In this document: positions 10,801-18,468 of the stretch, piece by piece
Layout: each line of letters opens with the position of its first letter
Numbering within the stretch: the first letter of the stretch is position 1
Origin: a virus
Lineage: Duplodnaviria; Caudoviricetes
Reading direction: 5' to 3' (one strand)
Length of the DNA: 64,000 bases
Virus record (IMG/VR): IMGVR_UViG_3300028833_003520
Notes under the pieces: generated by a model
What the model was told of the DNA's origin: nothing
What the model saw: only the letters and a program-made list of their open reading frames with translations
Databases searched by the model: none
Translations under genes and position numbers: made by a program

Positions 10801-12404
10801 AATCAACTAATGGAACGGTTGACGTTACATTCAAGTTTAGTGGTGTTGATGTTGCAGGTAAGTCTCTTGTAGCATTCGAGACACTGACGCACGAAGGTGT
10901 TGAGATTGCAGTTCACGCCGACATCAATGATGAGGCTCAGACTGTAACCTTCCCTGAAATCAAGACGAATGCTATTGATAGCGTAACTGGTACACATCAG
11001 TTGCATATCATTGAGACAGATGATGTTACAATCACTGTAACACCTGACTCTACGGCTAATGCAACAGCACCTACGACAACATCAACTAATTACGGTGATT
11101 CTCTCCGTGATGCAGCAGTCAATGCTTCTGCAGATTCAACTTCTGTTAATGGCAGAACAACTCCGAAGGAGTTTGCAAAGACTGTAACAGTCGAGATGTT
11201 CCAGGTTATCGAGTCTGCTTCAGACAAAGATAATACCTTTACTGCAACTGGTTATAAGGTTGTAGATGCAGTTGATACACAGCATCCGACAGTAACGCTT
11301 GATGGCGATTACAAGTTCGTCTTTGACTTCAAGACAGTCAAACTTGAAGGTACTGCAAAGTCCTTCAGTGCAATCGTTAACTGTTTGGATAAGGATGGTA
11401 ATACATTGAAGTCTAATACAATCTATCTTGATAATGTAGGCGAGACATTCTCTGCAAGCGTTATCGTACCTGTAGGTACAGTAAAGGTTGTATTCACCAA
11501 CGGTGGCACAACTTCAATGACAGACAATTCTGCTGTAGTCGCTCCTACAGAGCCTACGAAGGTCACAGTACCGAGTGGCGTAGTAAGCGAAGACAAGATT
11601 AAGATTGTCGATACCATTAGTTACTTCGGTCTCGTTAAGGGCGAGCAGTATTCTGCTACAGGACGCCTTATGGATAAGGCTACTGGTAAGGAATTAACGG
11701 ATGCCGATGGTAATATCTTTACATCAGTTCTGACCTTTAAGGCAGAAGCGGCTGATGGAGAGGTTCAGGTTGAGTTCACTGTACCTGCTAACTTGATTGT
11801 CGGTAAGAGTGTAGTAGTCTTCGAGCAGGTTGCTTCTAACGGCGTTGTTGTAGCAACACACGAGGACATCAACGATGAGAATCAGACCTTGTACGGTGCT
11901 AAGATTAGCACAGTCCTCACTGGTTCGGATAAGCGTTCCAAGACTGTTCCTCAGGCGAAGGATACGCAGATTGTTGATGCTATCACTTACGAGAATCTCG
12001 TAATTGGTGAAGAGTACAGGGTAGTTGGTCAGATTTATAACAAGACTGCTGGCAAGTTCGTTGACGGTAGCCGTGTTGAATCTACTTTCAAGCCTGAAAG
12101 CACAAGTGCAACAGTAACTCAGACTTTCGTAGTCGATACTTCAGAGATGAAGAAGAATGAGGTATTGGTATGTTACGAGACGGTTTACGATGCAAAGGGT
12201 AACCTTGTTGCTATCCACCACGATATGGATAGTGCAGAGCAGTCCGTAACAGTCAAGACGAACACTGTTGTTCAGACAGGTATTGCAACTTATGCAACAC
12301 CTATGATGTTGACAGCACTTGCTATGATGTTGTTGGCTATTATGAGTATCTTTGGTGTCGCAGGATATCGTAAGATAAGACTGTATCGAGCAAAGAGAAA
12401 GTAA
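1851..12404 (+). CDS. Giant sortase-anchored adhesin: S8 peptidase-like + thioester domain + SpaA/Cna-B isopeptide repeats + 10 T-Q ester-bond (VaFE) repeats
   Basis: Long signal region. IALIDTG/HGS/GAAGN/STSEA subtilase motifs. YC...YQRLL thioester pair. K-x-D...GAxF...YGTY-x-x-x-E repeats. Ten HxDxxDxxQ-type repeats. C-terminal VQTG, hydrophobic helix and basic tail. Confidence 0.85.
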   Translation: MEHINSSTLKPNEQKNTPSFWHNLTDFSKSPVLRTVKAIRDNRKVRRFLDVSRSPVRCWWVEHKMSRRVISATLSAFLVFGSSGITALAASPDDINGTTVVDANQGTSAVILKPVTNGKLTFIDSPESSLDVPSSSRVSIKVTVEDGYKLSGIVAVNNEGEVLEGQLYDDIFTFIAKGVSISVYAECLEKDRVDEAQAQIDNLNELIVKTSDASILLSGSNIVSHYGNLYILSYDNSEDAKAAFTYYSNVAEFVDFNTAMIIQDEEFSDYGIANSSECESVAGTNELEKLDEVSGSVPQAPAKTIALIDTGVSADATVVDRVSFIEGSLDDDNGHGSAMYDIIKAEYPDVNILSIKAMNSEGIGKASTIYAAIQYAIEAKVDVINLSISAYSRVENVLLHEAIQQATAAGIVVVGAAGNLDSNAKWFLPGMYDEVIVVGASAHYQEGNNETSEGVSSSDVWYLEKNPDSNYGDTVDYFVDANSTSEASAIMAAYIAKNGTTIPTGNAVTDRFHLRADLDYDEETSMDDPYINNYADFETAMHWSHMNPSNAPSEITENGGGDGDLRIWYSEFIPGASYSTFVYRQAGVSQQYGNFSQSIYCAEAAQTNPMGGWTLERIGGSGWDDKCKPWCGLGPGGDAYDLMIDWWRSHQAEMDAAGVTLTIPATMNASHMNTGHTWPSQATDVDRANRFFYMVAHMCIDRAYTGSWHHLPGGKNGKFDDLVKAFYNYGLEVMKDDSDAYTDWWYRSYKVKGRSDGTYQRLLLGGVRKNTTQPVSVQKETSRVGWDNARMAFFTGASNVNTSGVRYYAPITDATFRLAGSKAYPITHVGSDGKVVWDKVDKGDYILVENDVPRGYIRADDVNFTVGNEPVSLTVTNIPVVRDVPLIKTYGNTALSDSNSNYSLGGAKYELIPTWGTDAQKQTYKFTVTTGTDGKATFTNVPYGRYILHETQASKGCACAPDIYVSVTPEGIYQTGSNNQTVNAVTSTEVCIDDPVDIILKKEAVNGSTEVGDATLAGAEFTIYFYDETNITDDNYTNYQPIFTIVTQTVYKNGQYFVEMSKDYHVGSDYCIKSFTYNASPAHTIDEFYNENEEFLFPAGTVVIKETSAPTGFINPSNLDGWEVDYYDNSGNKQHKVLTTSDSAIVIRIPTVEGVTHSQSSINAFNEGDATITAIEQPKMMGYKITKTDWQTGNGIGQGDATIGPVTYNLTNQSENPVWVDKNGNGQVDSGETYSVGAIIDTVTLNPIKDASGKVTGFETYTSPSKYLSFGTYAIEEVVAGNDYEVGYNYYNNSSPTGFSRTFSVRDSSADVYNPNATDGYVFDLTTKPLIDEVERGGLNVIKYDSEIVAATGNTTTARTPQGDATFAGAEFQIINMSDKPVYLPNSTVAIPVGGVVTTITTDANGYATTGTYVLPIGTYGIKETKAPTGYTLNSGYLVDANGNPTTTGKITDKGQQLSFVYIPTTTTIPSGQLPGCPETPVRGGISVYKTDGQRAGDNKITSVATNVGQGDASLAGYRFEIVNQSANPVVVNNVVYKYGEVVMTITTDENGKATTAADALPYGTYLVREQSQGQQTTSGYYVDSSWSKTVTVHTNGQIESVGYTLKGNTLNVTNPTNQVVWRGGAFFDKIDMDRASAPAQGDATLKGAEISIYNESKYSVKVNGTWYEPGEVCLKIYTDADGRATTGTKILPYGTYKAVETKASTGYLVNDTWEKTFSIRTDGQMVDCTDSPVLEPVVRGDVQITKYDGELNASEATGGNSHGQKKDGTDLSGIVFNVYNASALDVYVDDVSGIYGTGNVVTSSNGTWYVKGALVTTITTHWNDSVGAYTAETTDRTLPYGTYIIEETGYHKNGDNSVTYANEYYLLTDTNQRVFEIRENGKTVTVDTGKNPLTWSNQVVRGDVEFEKKIQTNDERDQSRLWTAWIITNVATGERHAIVTSPNAEFNSSSPLLHPDDSNPGYLHTNNTNGNDWILAKYDADEPIKMEDTDYTCGVWFGLGEDGTMSAPNDKVGALPYGHYTLTEVRSDTNEEFERLISFDFYITRPSVEVDLGTLTNRDDSNPQLMTSATHDETGVRMGPALEETIINDMCSYSGLKVGKNYIIRGCMKVRETGAAVVDKDGNEVTSASAKFTVAKGGENGSVEIPYIFDARNYEGQSVVVFEYLYEVKADGTEVLKAVHTNLNDDGQTVKFPKIGTVALSDATGEHEVLAEGTVTVTDTVAYEGLIPNKSYKVTGTWFDTTDNDEVHDASGKVVTQTVSFTPKTADGTVDVQFTFDATNLAGHTIVCFEEIKYQGHTVAIHANLNDTEQMIAFPKVGTTALFDTGLKMNAKSDNIVINDEVEYSGVIVGNTYGVSGKLVDLQGNPIKGADGKEVTASGSFTATATSGKTLVTFNFDGTNLDVNEIVVFEQLLTAKGNVVAKHEDLTDEKQTVYFPEIGTTLTYGTTGLHEGCALDSVSLPDVVHYKGLVAGEEYELQATLMYVDSQSVVKDKDGKDVVASATFTADASEGDATVTFTFNALGLEGRDVVAFEKLFYTGIEIANHEDFNDENQTVSFPKIETELVATESGLHFAMKGTTVELTDTIAYTNLTPGVEYTAKGHLVDEQGNAVGNEATATFTPDSENGIVKVTLSLDTTNVEGGKKFVAFESVYRGEVLVAKHEDLSDENQTVVVPEIHTTAHIDTSDGIKVTDTVDYVGLIPNVTYTLVGRLVDQKTGQALMRPDGVTQVTATASFVPTTANGSTTVEFNVAGVDIEVAVVYEHLFVGSAEIANHEDLTDEAQTIYNPKIETTVGYADANINMAPAKAGLVINDTVSYRNFLIGQDYVMKGVLFDKTTNELTNITAEGKFKPEAHDGQMVVTFEFDASAYAGHTFVVYEQAVIRTEGPDGKVIDTNVVRHENPDDEAQTIYIPDIKTTLVDTKTQTHTGANGEEVELTDTITYTNLVVGKTYQATGVLHNKATGDAWLDKDGKEVTATAEFTPESTNGTVDVTFKFSGVDVAGKSLVAFETLTHEGVEIAVHADINDEAQTVTFPEIKTNAIDSVTGTHQLHIIETDDVTITVTPDSTANATAPTTTSTNYGDSLRDAAVNASADSTSVNGRTTPKEFAKTVTVEMFQVIESASDKDNTFTATGYKVVDAVDTQHPTVTLDGDYKFVFDFKTVKLEGTAKSFSAIVNCLDKDGNTLKSNTIYLDNVGETFSASVIVPVGTVKVVFTNGGTTSMTDNSAVVAPTEPTKVTVPSGVVSEDKIKIVDTISYFGLVKGEQYSATGRLMDKATGKELTDADGNIFTSVLTFKAEAADGEVQVEFTVPANLIVGKSVVVFEQVASNGVVVATHEDINDENQTLYGAKISTVLTGSDKRSKTVPQAKDTQIVDAITYENLVIGEEYRVVGQIYNKTAGKFVDGSRVESTFKPESTSATVTQTFVVDTSEMKKNEVLVCYETVYDAKGNLVAIHHDMDSAEQSVTVKTNTVVQTGIATYATPMMLTALAMMLLAIMSIFGVAGYRKIRLYRAKRK

Positions 12405-12428
12405 CTGCTCTATTTCACTTCTTGACGG

Positions 12429-12463
12429 TAACCCCTCGGCAATTGTCGAGGGGTTATCTATTT
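12429..12463 (+). terminator. Intrinsic terminator after the adhesin
   Basis: TAACCCCTCGGC-AATT-GTCGAGGGGTTA followed by TCTATTT. Confidence 0.7.
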
Positions 12464-12466
12464 GCA

Positions 12467-12495
12467 TTGACTTTTCTCATAAATGAGCATATAAT
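12467..12495 (+). promoter_or_regulatory. Promoter with palindromic operator in the spacer
   Basis: TTGACT-17-TATAAT; CTCATAAATGAG at 12476-12487. Confidence 0.8.
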
Positions 12496-12548
12496 GTGCT
12501 TATAAATTTATTTATAAAAAAATTTACGATTTCGAAAGGAGTGCAATT

Positions 12549-12842
12549 ATGGCACGTAGAGAGAAAGGTTACAAGGAATACAGCGATGAGGTAAAGAAAC
12601 TCGAAGAGAAGTTAAAGCAAGCCAAGGCGAATCAGAAAGCGGCTGAAAAGGTCGAGAAAGAAAAGATTCAGGGTGTCGTCTATGACGCTTGTTGCGAAGT
12701 CTTTGAGTACGATTTCTTCGGTATGAAGAAAGCAGAAGTCGTAGCGTATCTTAAAGAGCAGATGGGTAGCAAGCCTGTGGCTGCACCTGTGGCACAGCCT
12801 GTTGAACCTAAGGCTCCTTATAACCCTGCATCTGACTCTTAA
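12549..12842 (+). CDS. Small coiled-coil hypothetical protein
   Basis: Strong RBS (GAAAGGAG); Lys/Glu-rich helix. Confidence 0.75.
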   Translation: MARREKGYKEYSDEVKKLEEKLKQAKANQKAAEKVEKEKIQGVVYDACCEVFEYDFFGMKKAEVVAYLKEQMGSKPVAAPVAQPVEPKAPYNPASDS

Positions 12843-12862
12843 TATGAATTGAGGAAGTTAAT

Positions 12863-13702
12863 ATGGGAAGTGGACAGCCAGAAGTAAAACTCAAACCGAT
12901 TATTGAGTCTTATAATGTCGAAGAGGAGTACCTCTATAAAGATGTCTTCGAATTTATCGAAGGCGTAGCGACAGGACGAAGGTTCGTTTATACACTGAAG
13001 GCATTATATTTGGCTCGAAAGTTGCACAATGGTCAGTACAGAAACGGTATGGTCAAAATAAATGATGAACTTGTAAAATTGCCGTATGTACTACACGTCT
13101 TAAAGGTGTGTTCAACGCTGATGGATTTAGACCTTGATTTGAGTGACCACGACCTGGATGTGTTATATGCGTCAGCATTGCTTCACGATGTCCTTGAGGA
13201 CAGAAGTGACCTCTTCCCAAAAGGTGGCTATGAGTTAGTTTCGCAGTATGGTTTCGGCGAAGATATATATCGAGTAGTAAAACTGGTTACAAAGAGCCAC
13301 AATGCTTCCGAAGCAGAGTTGAATGAGTATTTTAACGCAATTAAACTGAATAAGTTAGCAATATTCGTTAAGATTGCCGACCGTAGCCATAATGTAGAGA
13401 GCCTTTCAGTAATGAAGGTCGAGCGACTTCACAGATATGTGAAGGAAACGAGAGATTATGTATATCCTCTATGCGATTATGGTCAGCAGAATTATCCTGA
13501 ACTTTCGAATGGATTCCGTATATTGAAATCGAAGATTGTCTCACTTACAGAGGAAACGGAGATACTGACAAGTATGTTTTCTCGTCAGGTATATGACAAG
13601 CAAGATGAGATAGATTCCTTGAGAAGTAGGATTGTAGAGTTAGAGAACCAAAATCTCGATTTACAGAACGAGATTAGTGAACTTAAGGGTAATCAGAAAT
13701 GA
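12863..13702 (+). CDS. HD-domain small alarmone hydrolase-like protein (RelA/SpoT hydrolase, Mesh1 family) with C-terminal coiled coil
   Basis: HNGQYR...PYVLH...ALLHDVLED...VKIADRSHN motifs; no synthetase domain. Confidence 0.8.
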   Translation: MGSGQPEVKLKPIIESYNVEEEYLYKDVFEFIEGVATGRRFVYTLKALYLARKLHNGQYRNGMVKINDELVKLPYVLHVLKVCSTLMDLDLDLSDHDLDVLYASALLHDVLEDRSDLFPKGGYELVSQYGFGEDIYRVVKLVTKSHNASEAELNEYFNAIKLNKLAIFVKIADRSHNVESLSVMKVERLHRYVKETRDYVYPLCDYGQQNYPELSNGFRILKSKIVSLTEETEILTSMFSRQVYDKQDEIDSLRSRIVELENQNLDLQNEISELKGNQK

Positions 13703-14148
13703 TACGAGAAATGGAAATCGGTCCGAATCACCCTGTCGATTTAGACAGCGTTGAGATGGTGAAGAGGGCATTTTTATACTTAAAATTCGGCTATGAGTTG
13801 AATTATAAAGCAGATGAAAGAAGTGAAGCATATAAGCGAATTTCTGTGCGTTATATAAACATCTTTAGGAAAAGGATAACAACAGTCAGAGATGCTTTAA
13901 GAGAGAAGGATGCTCCGTCAGAGATTGTATATCATTTTCAAGATGTTCTAAACGCTTGTTCTGCACCAAGAAACGATTGGGTTAATATCTATGATATAAC
14001 CGAGTTCTCGAAACGATATGAGAGAGTTCTTGATGATGTTGAAGCCGTGATAACACGGTATTTTGGAGAACTCGATTCAATCCGTAAAGGTATGACTGCG
14101 GATGTAGTAAAAACAACGGCTGAAATGAGAAATTTTTTAGGAGAATAA
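13699..14148 (+). CDS. Hypothetical protein
   Basis: ATGA overlap with the upstream gene. Confidence 0.7.
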   Translation: MIREMEIGPNHPVDLDSVEMVKRAFLYLKFGYELNYKADERSEAYKRISVRYINIFRKRITTVRDALREKDAPSEIVYHFQDVLNACSAPRNDWVNIYDITEFSKRYERVLDDVEAVITRYFGELDSIRKGMTADVVKTTAEMRNFLGE

Positions 14149-14151
14149 TAT

Positions 14152-14850
14152 ATGGCAAGTTTAGCAAAGGCAAATCCTGAGAAAGCAAAACTTTGGCATC
14201 CGACAAGAAACGGAAATCTTACACCTTATGATGTAGATGAAGATTCAGGCAGACTTGTTTGGTGGCAGTGTGCTTGTGGCTATGAATATATGGCACAAGT
14301 TAGGAGTAATTTTGATAAAAATCCTCGCTGTCCCCATTGTAACAAGAATGTGCGTCATTACGTTGCTGGCACTACGGCTCGACATTCAATTACTCCGAAA
14401 ATTGTTAATGTCGATACGGGAGAAGTTTTTGCGACGGCTACTGATGCTGCATTATTCTACGGTTTAGATGTCGGTCCTATCAATGCTTGCTGTAAGAGAG
14501 GTCTGACGGCTACTGCTAATGGGTATCATTGGAAGTACGTTTTTACAAAGAAAGATATAAAAGAACTCGAAAAACTGGAAAAGCCTTATTATAACGGACC
14601 TTATTATTCAGAAGAAGATTTGCCGCAGTTGATAGCAGATGTTTACTCTGCAGAAAACACAGATTCGGCGAAGAAGAATGTAGAAATGCAGGCAATCGAA
14701 ACCATAGGTTCGGCTTATTTGGAAGAGTTGAATGATGAGGAATTTTTCGACACTATCTATATGTCGAATAGTGAATTATCACATAGAATCAAAGAGATTT
14801 GTCAGAAGGCAAAACTCTATGATGAAATGATGAAGAAGGAAGGTAAGTAA
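14152..14850 (+). CDS. Zinc-ribbon (WHPTxN...VWWxC) protein with NUMOD1-like HTH segment
   Basis: LWHPTRNG...VWWQCACG...CPHC followed by TGEVF..ATDAA...I..CC.......GYHW. Confidence 0.65.
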   Translation: MASLAKANPEKAKLWHPTRNGNLTPYDVDEDSGRLVWWQCACGYEYMAQVRSNFDKNPRCPHCNKNVRHYVAGTTARHSITPKIVNVDTGEVFATATDAALFYGLDVGPINACCKRGLTATANGYHWKYVFTKKDIKELEKLEKPYYNGPYYSEEDLPQLIADVYSAENTDSAKKNVEMQAIETIGSAYLEELNDEEFFDTIYMSNSELSHRIKEICQKAKLYDEMMKKEGK

Positions 14851-14853
14851 CCT

Positions 14854-15177
14854 ATGTATCAGGCGGCAGGCTGGTTCCTTATGATGTTCGCAATTCCTTA
14901 TCTCTTTTATGTCTGTGAGACAGGCATACTATCGTTGATAGGCTTGCTGATTAGTAAGAAAGCCGTGAGAGCAAAACAAATTTTGCTGATAATATCTTGT
15001 GTTGAAAATGGTACGGCTTTATTCTTTGATTTTGTGATGTCAATATATGCGAAAGATTTTAATTCAGCATTGTTATTGATTATTTGGGGCGGAGCGTTTA
15101 TAAGGGTTAGTATTCTAATAGGACAAATAATCAATTATGTGATATGTAAGAAGAAAAAGATTGCAGGTTTCTGTTAA
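14854..15177 (+). CDS. Small membrane protein
   Basis: About three hydrophobic segments; RBS AAGGAAGG upstream. Confidence 0.6.
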   Translation: MYQAAGWFLMMFAIPYLFYVCETGILSLIGLLISKKAVRAKQILLIISCVENGTALFFDFVMSIYAKDFNSALLLIIWGGAFIRVSILIGQIINYVICKKKKIAGFC

Positions 15178-15190
15178 GAAGCCTGTTTTC
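15163..15190 (+). terminator. Intrinsic terminator
   Basis: GCAGGTTTCT-GTTA-AGAAGCCTGT then TTTC. Confidence 0.6.
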
Positions 15191-15193
15191 ATT

Positions 15194-15455
15194 TCTACGA
15201 ATTTATCGTGTTTGTTGAGGATGGGCAGGGTCCCTATCCGAGACGAAGGCGACACATTGGTTAACCGCACGGGCGTAGTCCGTGTGGGTTATGCAATGTA
15301 AAGCCAGGAACGAGCCGTAAATCGTAGCGAGGCACCAACAAACTATCGAGCAAGTTTCGCTTGCGACGATATTTTGTTCGAAATTACAACGAAGGACAGT
15401 ACGAGTTGTGTCTTGAACTAAGTTGTGGTGTATTACGGTTTATGCGTAATACTTC
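15194..15455 (+). other. Hairpin-chain element 1 (single-strand origin, oriT region or ncRNA)
   Basis: At least five consecutive hairpins with G-T wobbles on the + strand; shares loop motifs with 51545-51951. Confidence 0.5.
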
Positions 15456-15468
15456 AGAGAAAGAAAAA

Positions 15469-15563
15469 GTGTGCTAAAAGTGTGTCATTGAACTGAAAAA
15501 TTTCTTGATTTATCAGTGAATTAGTGATATATTTATATCGTAAATTTGGCACACTAATGACAC
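15469..15563 (+). promoter_or_regulatory. Sortase-operon promoter flanked by two inverted-repeat pairs
   Basis: TTGATT(15505)-17-TATATT(15528); GTGTGCTAAA/TTTGGCACAC and GTGTCATT/AATGACAC on either side. Confidence 0.6.
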
Positions 15564-15601
15564 GAGAGGTAGGAAATGCTGGTATTTAGTGAGGAGAAAA
15601 T

Positions 15602-16477
15602 ATGAGTAGAAACTCAAGGCATTTCATTTGGTTTGTAAGCATTTGTTGCTTATTGATGATGATAGTTGCAGGTTACATATTACTTCAAAATGTGAAGCAA
15701 GATAATCAGTTGCAGGAAGAGGAGCAAGTGATAGAGTCGTTAAGAGAAGAGGTCGTAATTACTCCTACACCTACGCCAACACCAACGGTGGAGACGAGTG
15801 TTACTGAGCCTGCCGAAGAGATAGACCCTTATCTTCTTGTTCGTATTGATTTTGACGAACTTCAGAGTCAAAATGCTGATTGCCAGAGATGGATAACGAT
15901 ACCTGATACAAATGTGGATTATCCTGTAATGGAAGAATCCGAATTTAAGCAAGACGGAGATTATTTCTATCTTCATCACGATTTTAATCGTAAGTGGAAA
16001 TCTTCGGGTTCGATATTTACGCTGCCAAGCACATTCAACGGAAATGAAGACGCACACCTCTTGGTGTTCGGTCATCATATGGTTGATAAGACAGTTGCTT
16101 TTAGCAACTTTAGGAACTACTTCTTAGACGAAGAAGATGCGATGGCACATCGTTACATCTATATGTACTATCCGAACCATTCGGAAAAATGGGTCGTATG
16201 GACAGTTGTAGAAGGAGTGAGTTCGGACAAGGTGTACACTATACCTTACACTCTTGGAACACAGGATTATCAAAATATGCTTGATGAATGTGCGAATAAG
16301 GGTGAGTTTCAATTAGTGGATGCTCCCACGAGTGAAACGAAAACGCTTATCTTAAGTACGTGTAATGGCAGACAGGCAGGACAGAAGTACCGACTGTATG
16401 TCGTCGCTGTACCTATGGCAAGATATTACTATGATATAGAAACATTAGTAAAGGAGAACTACTATGAAGCAGATTAA
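15602..16477 (+). CDS. srtB: Class B sortase
   Basis: N-terminal TM; WITIPDTNVDYPV, FGHHM (His), TLILSTC (Cys), downstream Arg. Confidence 0.85.
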   Translation: MSRNSRHFIWFVSICCLLMMIVAGYILLQNVKQDNQLQEEEQVIESLREEVVITPTPTPTPTVETSVTEPAEEIDPYLLVRIDFDELQSQNADCQRWITIPDTNVDYPVMEESEFKQDGDYFYLHHDFNRKWKSSGSIFTLPSTFNGNEDAHLLVFGHHMVDKTVAFSNFRNYFLDEEDAMAHRYIYMYYPNHSEKWVVWTVVEGVSSDKVYTIPYTLGTQDYQNMLDECANKGEFQLVDAPTSETKTLILSTCNGRQAGQKYRLYVVAVPMARYYYDIETLVKENYYEAD

Positions 16478-18104
16478 GAAGATTCTGTCACTTGTGTGTG
16501 TTGGAGCGTTAGCGTTGTCAATGCTAACAGCGTGCAACAATCCTACGCCTACTGAAACTTCTGTCACTATGACTGAAGACGATAATCAGATTAGGCTGAG
16601 ACTTGTTGAGGCAATCAACACAACGAAAGCCAATGAGAGTTTTGTTGTAACTGCATCGCATACTTATACGATGAATATGGCAAATTCTATGAATGGCATT
16701 TCAATTCCGACAGTGCTTCGAAGCAATTTTTCGGGTACTTATAAGTACAACAAAACTGTTGGCGATTTGTTCGTCAACGAAAATAATTATACAGTAACCG
16801 CAACAGACTCTACTGGTGCTCATCAGGAGACTCAGGAGTCAAGAAACTCCTATGTTGAAGTATTCAAGGCAGATACAAAGACGTTCTATTTCTCGCAGAC
16901 AGGCGATAATTCGCAGATGTATAGTGCGTCGTTCGATTTCAATTCGATGGTTGATGAGATTGTAACTGCATTGGTTGCAACAAGTGGTGATTATACAATT
17001 CTTGAATCGGCAAATCAGACAACGATTACGCAGTCGATTGCTGATGCTACGAAAGATGAAAATTTCCAAGCCGTAAGAGAAAAGTGGCACGATATGCTTA
17101 TGTCCGTAACTGAATATTCGTCTATGATGACGATTATTTCAGATGGTCTTATCACATACACTATTGATAATAAGACAGGCAACATTACTTGCATTGAGAT
17201 TAAGAATGTTAATATTACGGATAGTCAGGCAAAGAGTTTGTTCAGTGGTAACGACAGTCTTATTGTCGGTAATATCACTATGACTGCTTCAATGAAATGG
17301 ACATTTTCCGAATTCAATACTGTAACAGAAGACGATATTATGGTCTATAGAGACCAAATGAATAATGCAATCGAGCATACAGATAAGCCTTCTCCGACAC
17401 CTACTCCAGAGGTTGACCAGACGATTATTTCTTCGGATGGTTCGTTTGACCAAGTAGGTGTAGCAAATTACGAGTTAAAAGAAGACTTGCCTGCATCTTC
17501 ATTCAACGCTTTTCAGTATAATTCAGAAGATTATACTTTCCCTGTTGCGTTGAATACATTCATTGATAATGGTTGGAATTTTACAAATTACGACGAAGCA
17601 GATGGTTGTTTCTATTTCACAAATGAGGCTTATCCGTATGTTAAATTAGCCTTAGTCGGCAACGAAGGTGATACCGAGATTGATGAGTTGGCTATTAGTG
17701 GCGTATCAGGTATATCGGTCATTTGCACTGAGGCTATTAAGAACGGTGGTTCATCGTTCCCTGGCATAACCGTTACAAATGCAAATATTCACGTTGGAGA
17801 TACCGCAGTACACGTTCTTGAGACATTCGGTAAGCCTGATATGACAACGATTGGAGCCGAGTATGACACATATACTTATGCGGTTTACGACACTGAAGGT
17901 GTAACAGGCGAAATCCATATCGTTGCACAGTTCTATGTAACAATCCATCATATCAATGGTCAGCATCTTGTTGAGACTTATGGTGTTCAGTATCTTAAGA
18001 CAGTTGTGCAGAACACAGAGCCGACTGGAACTGAGCCTTCAAGCACAACAGATGCAACGGCAGAGACGACAACAAGTGCAACAACACAGACAAGCGGTAA
18101 TTAA
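16464..18104 (+). CDS. Lipoprotein of unknown function
   Basis: Basic N-terminus, hydrophobic stretch, lipobox LTAC; Thr-rich tail. Confidence 0.8.
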   Translation: MKQIKKILSLVCVGALALSMLTACNNPTPTETSVTMTEDDNQIRLRLVEAINTTKANESFVVTASHTYTMNMANSMNGISIPTVLRSNFSGTYKYNKTVGDLFVNENNYTVTATDSTGAHQETQESRNSYVEVFKADTKTFYFSQTGDNSQMYSASFDFNSMVDEIVTALVATSGDYTILESANQTTITQSIADATKDENFQAVREKWHDMLMSVTEYSSMMTIISDGLITYTIDNKTGNITCIEIKNVNITDSQAKSLFSGNDSLIVGNITMTASMKWTFSEFNTVTEDDIMVYRDQMNNAIEHTDKPSPTPTPEVDQTIISSDGSFDQVGVANYELKEDLPASSFNAFQYNSEDYTFPVALNTFIDNGWNFTNYDEADGCFYFTNEAYPYVKLALVGNEGDTEIDELAISGVSGISVICTEAIKNGGSSFPGITVTNANIHVGDTAVHVLETFGKPDMTTIGAEYDTYTYAVYDTEGVTGEIHIVAQFYVTIHHINGQHLVETYGVQYLKTVVQNTEPTGTEPSSTTDATAETTTSATTQTSGN

Positions 18105-18115
18105 GGAGTGTTAGT

Positions 18116-18451
18116 ATGGCTGTAAAGGAAACAAATCACAGAGTCACAGCGACTATCAGTGAAGACGAGTTTCAGCGTATGCAGTATTGGTCAGCAAGAG
18201 CAGGGCTTTCAATCAATGAGTTTTTGCGTGATGCGATAGAGGAAAAAATCAAGAGAGCCAATGGTGATTATGATTTACCTACGCTTGAACAGCAAAGGCT
18301 TAATCAATTGATTGAGGTTATTGTAGGTTTGCGTGATGATGTTAACAGATTAGGCGACATATTCCATACGGATATTGACGCTCTGAACAAACTCACAAAA
18401 GGCGATACAAAGTATCTTTCACACACTCTTGATGACGGTGATGTTGGCTAA
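18116..18451 (+). CDS. Ribbon-helix-helix DNA-binding protein (regulator or relaxosome accessory)
   Basis: RVTATIS strand, helix, GLSINEFLRDAIEE helix: CopG/Arc-like pattern. Confidence 0.75.
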   Translation: MAVKETNHRVTATISEDEFQRMQYWSARAGLSINEFLRDAIEEKIKRANGDYDLPTLEQQRLNQLIEVIVGLRDDVNRLGDIFHTDIDALNKLTKGDTKYLSHTLDDGDVG

Positions 18452-18468
18452 TGAAAGGGTGAAGATTT

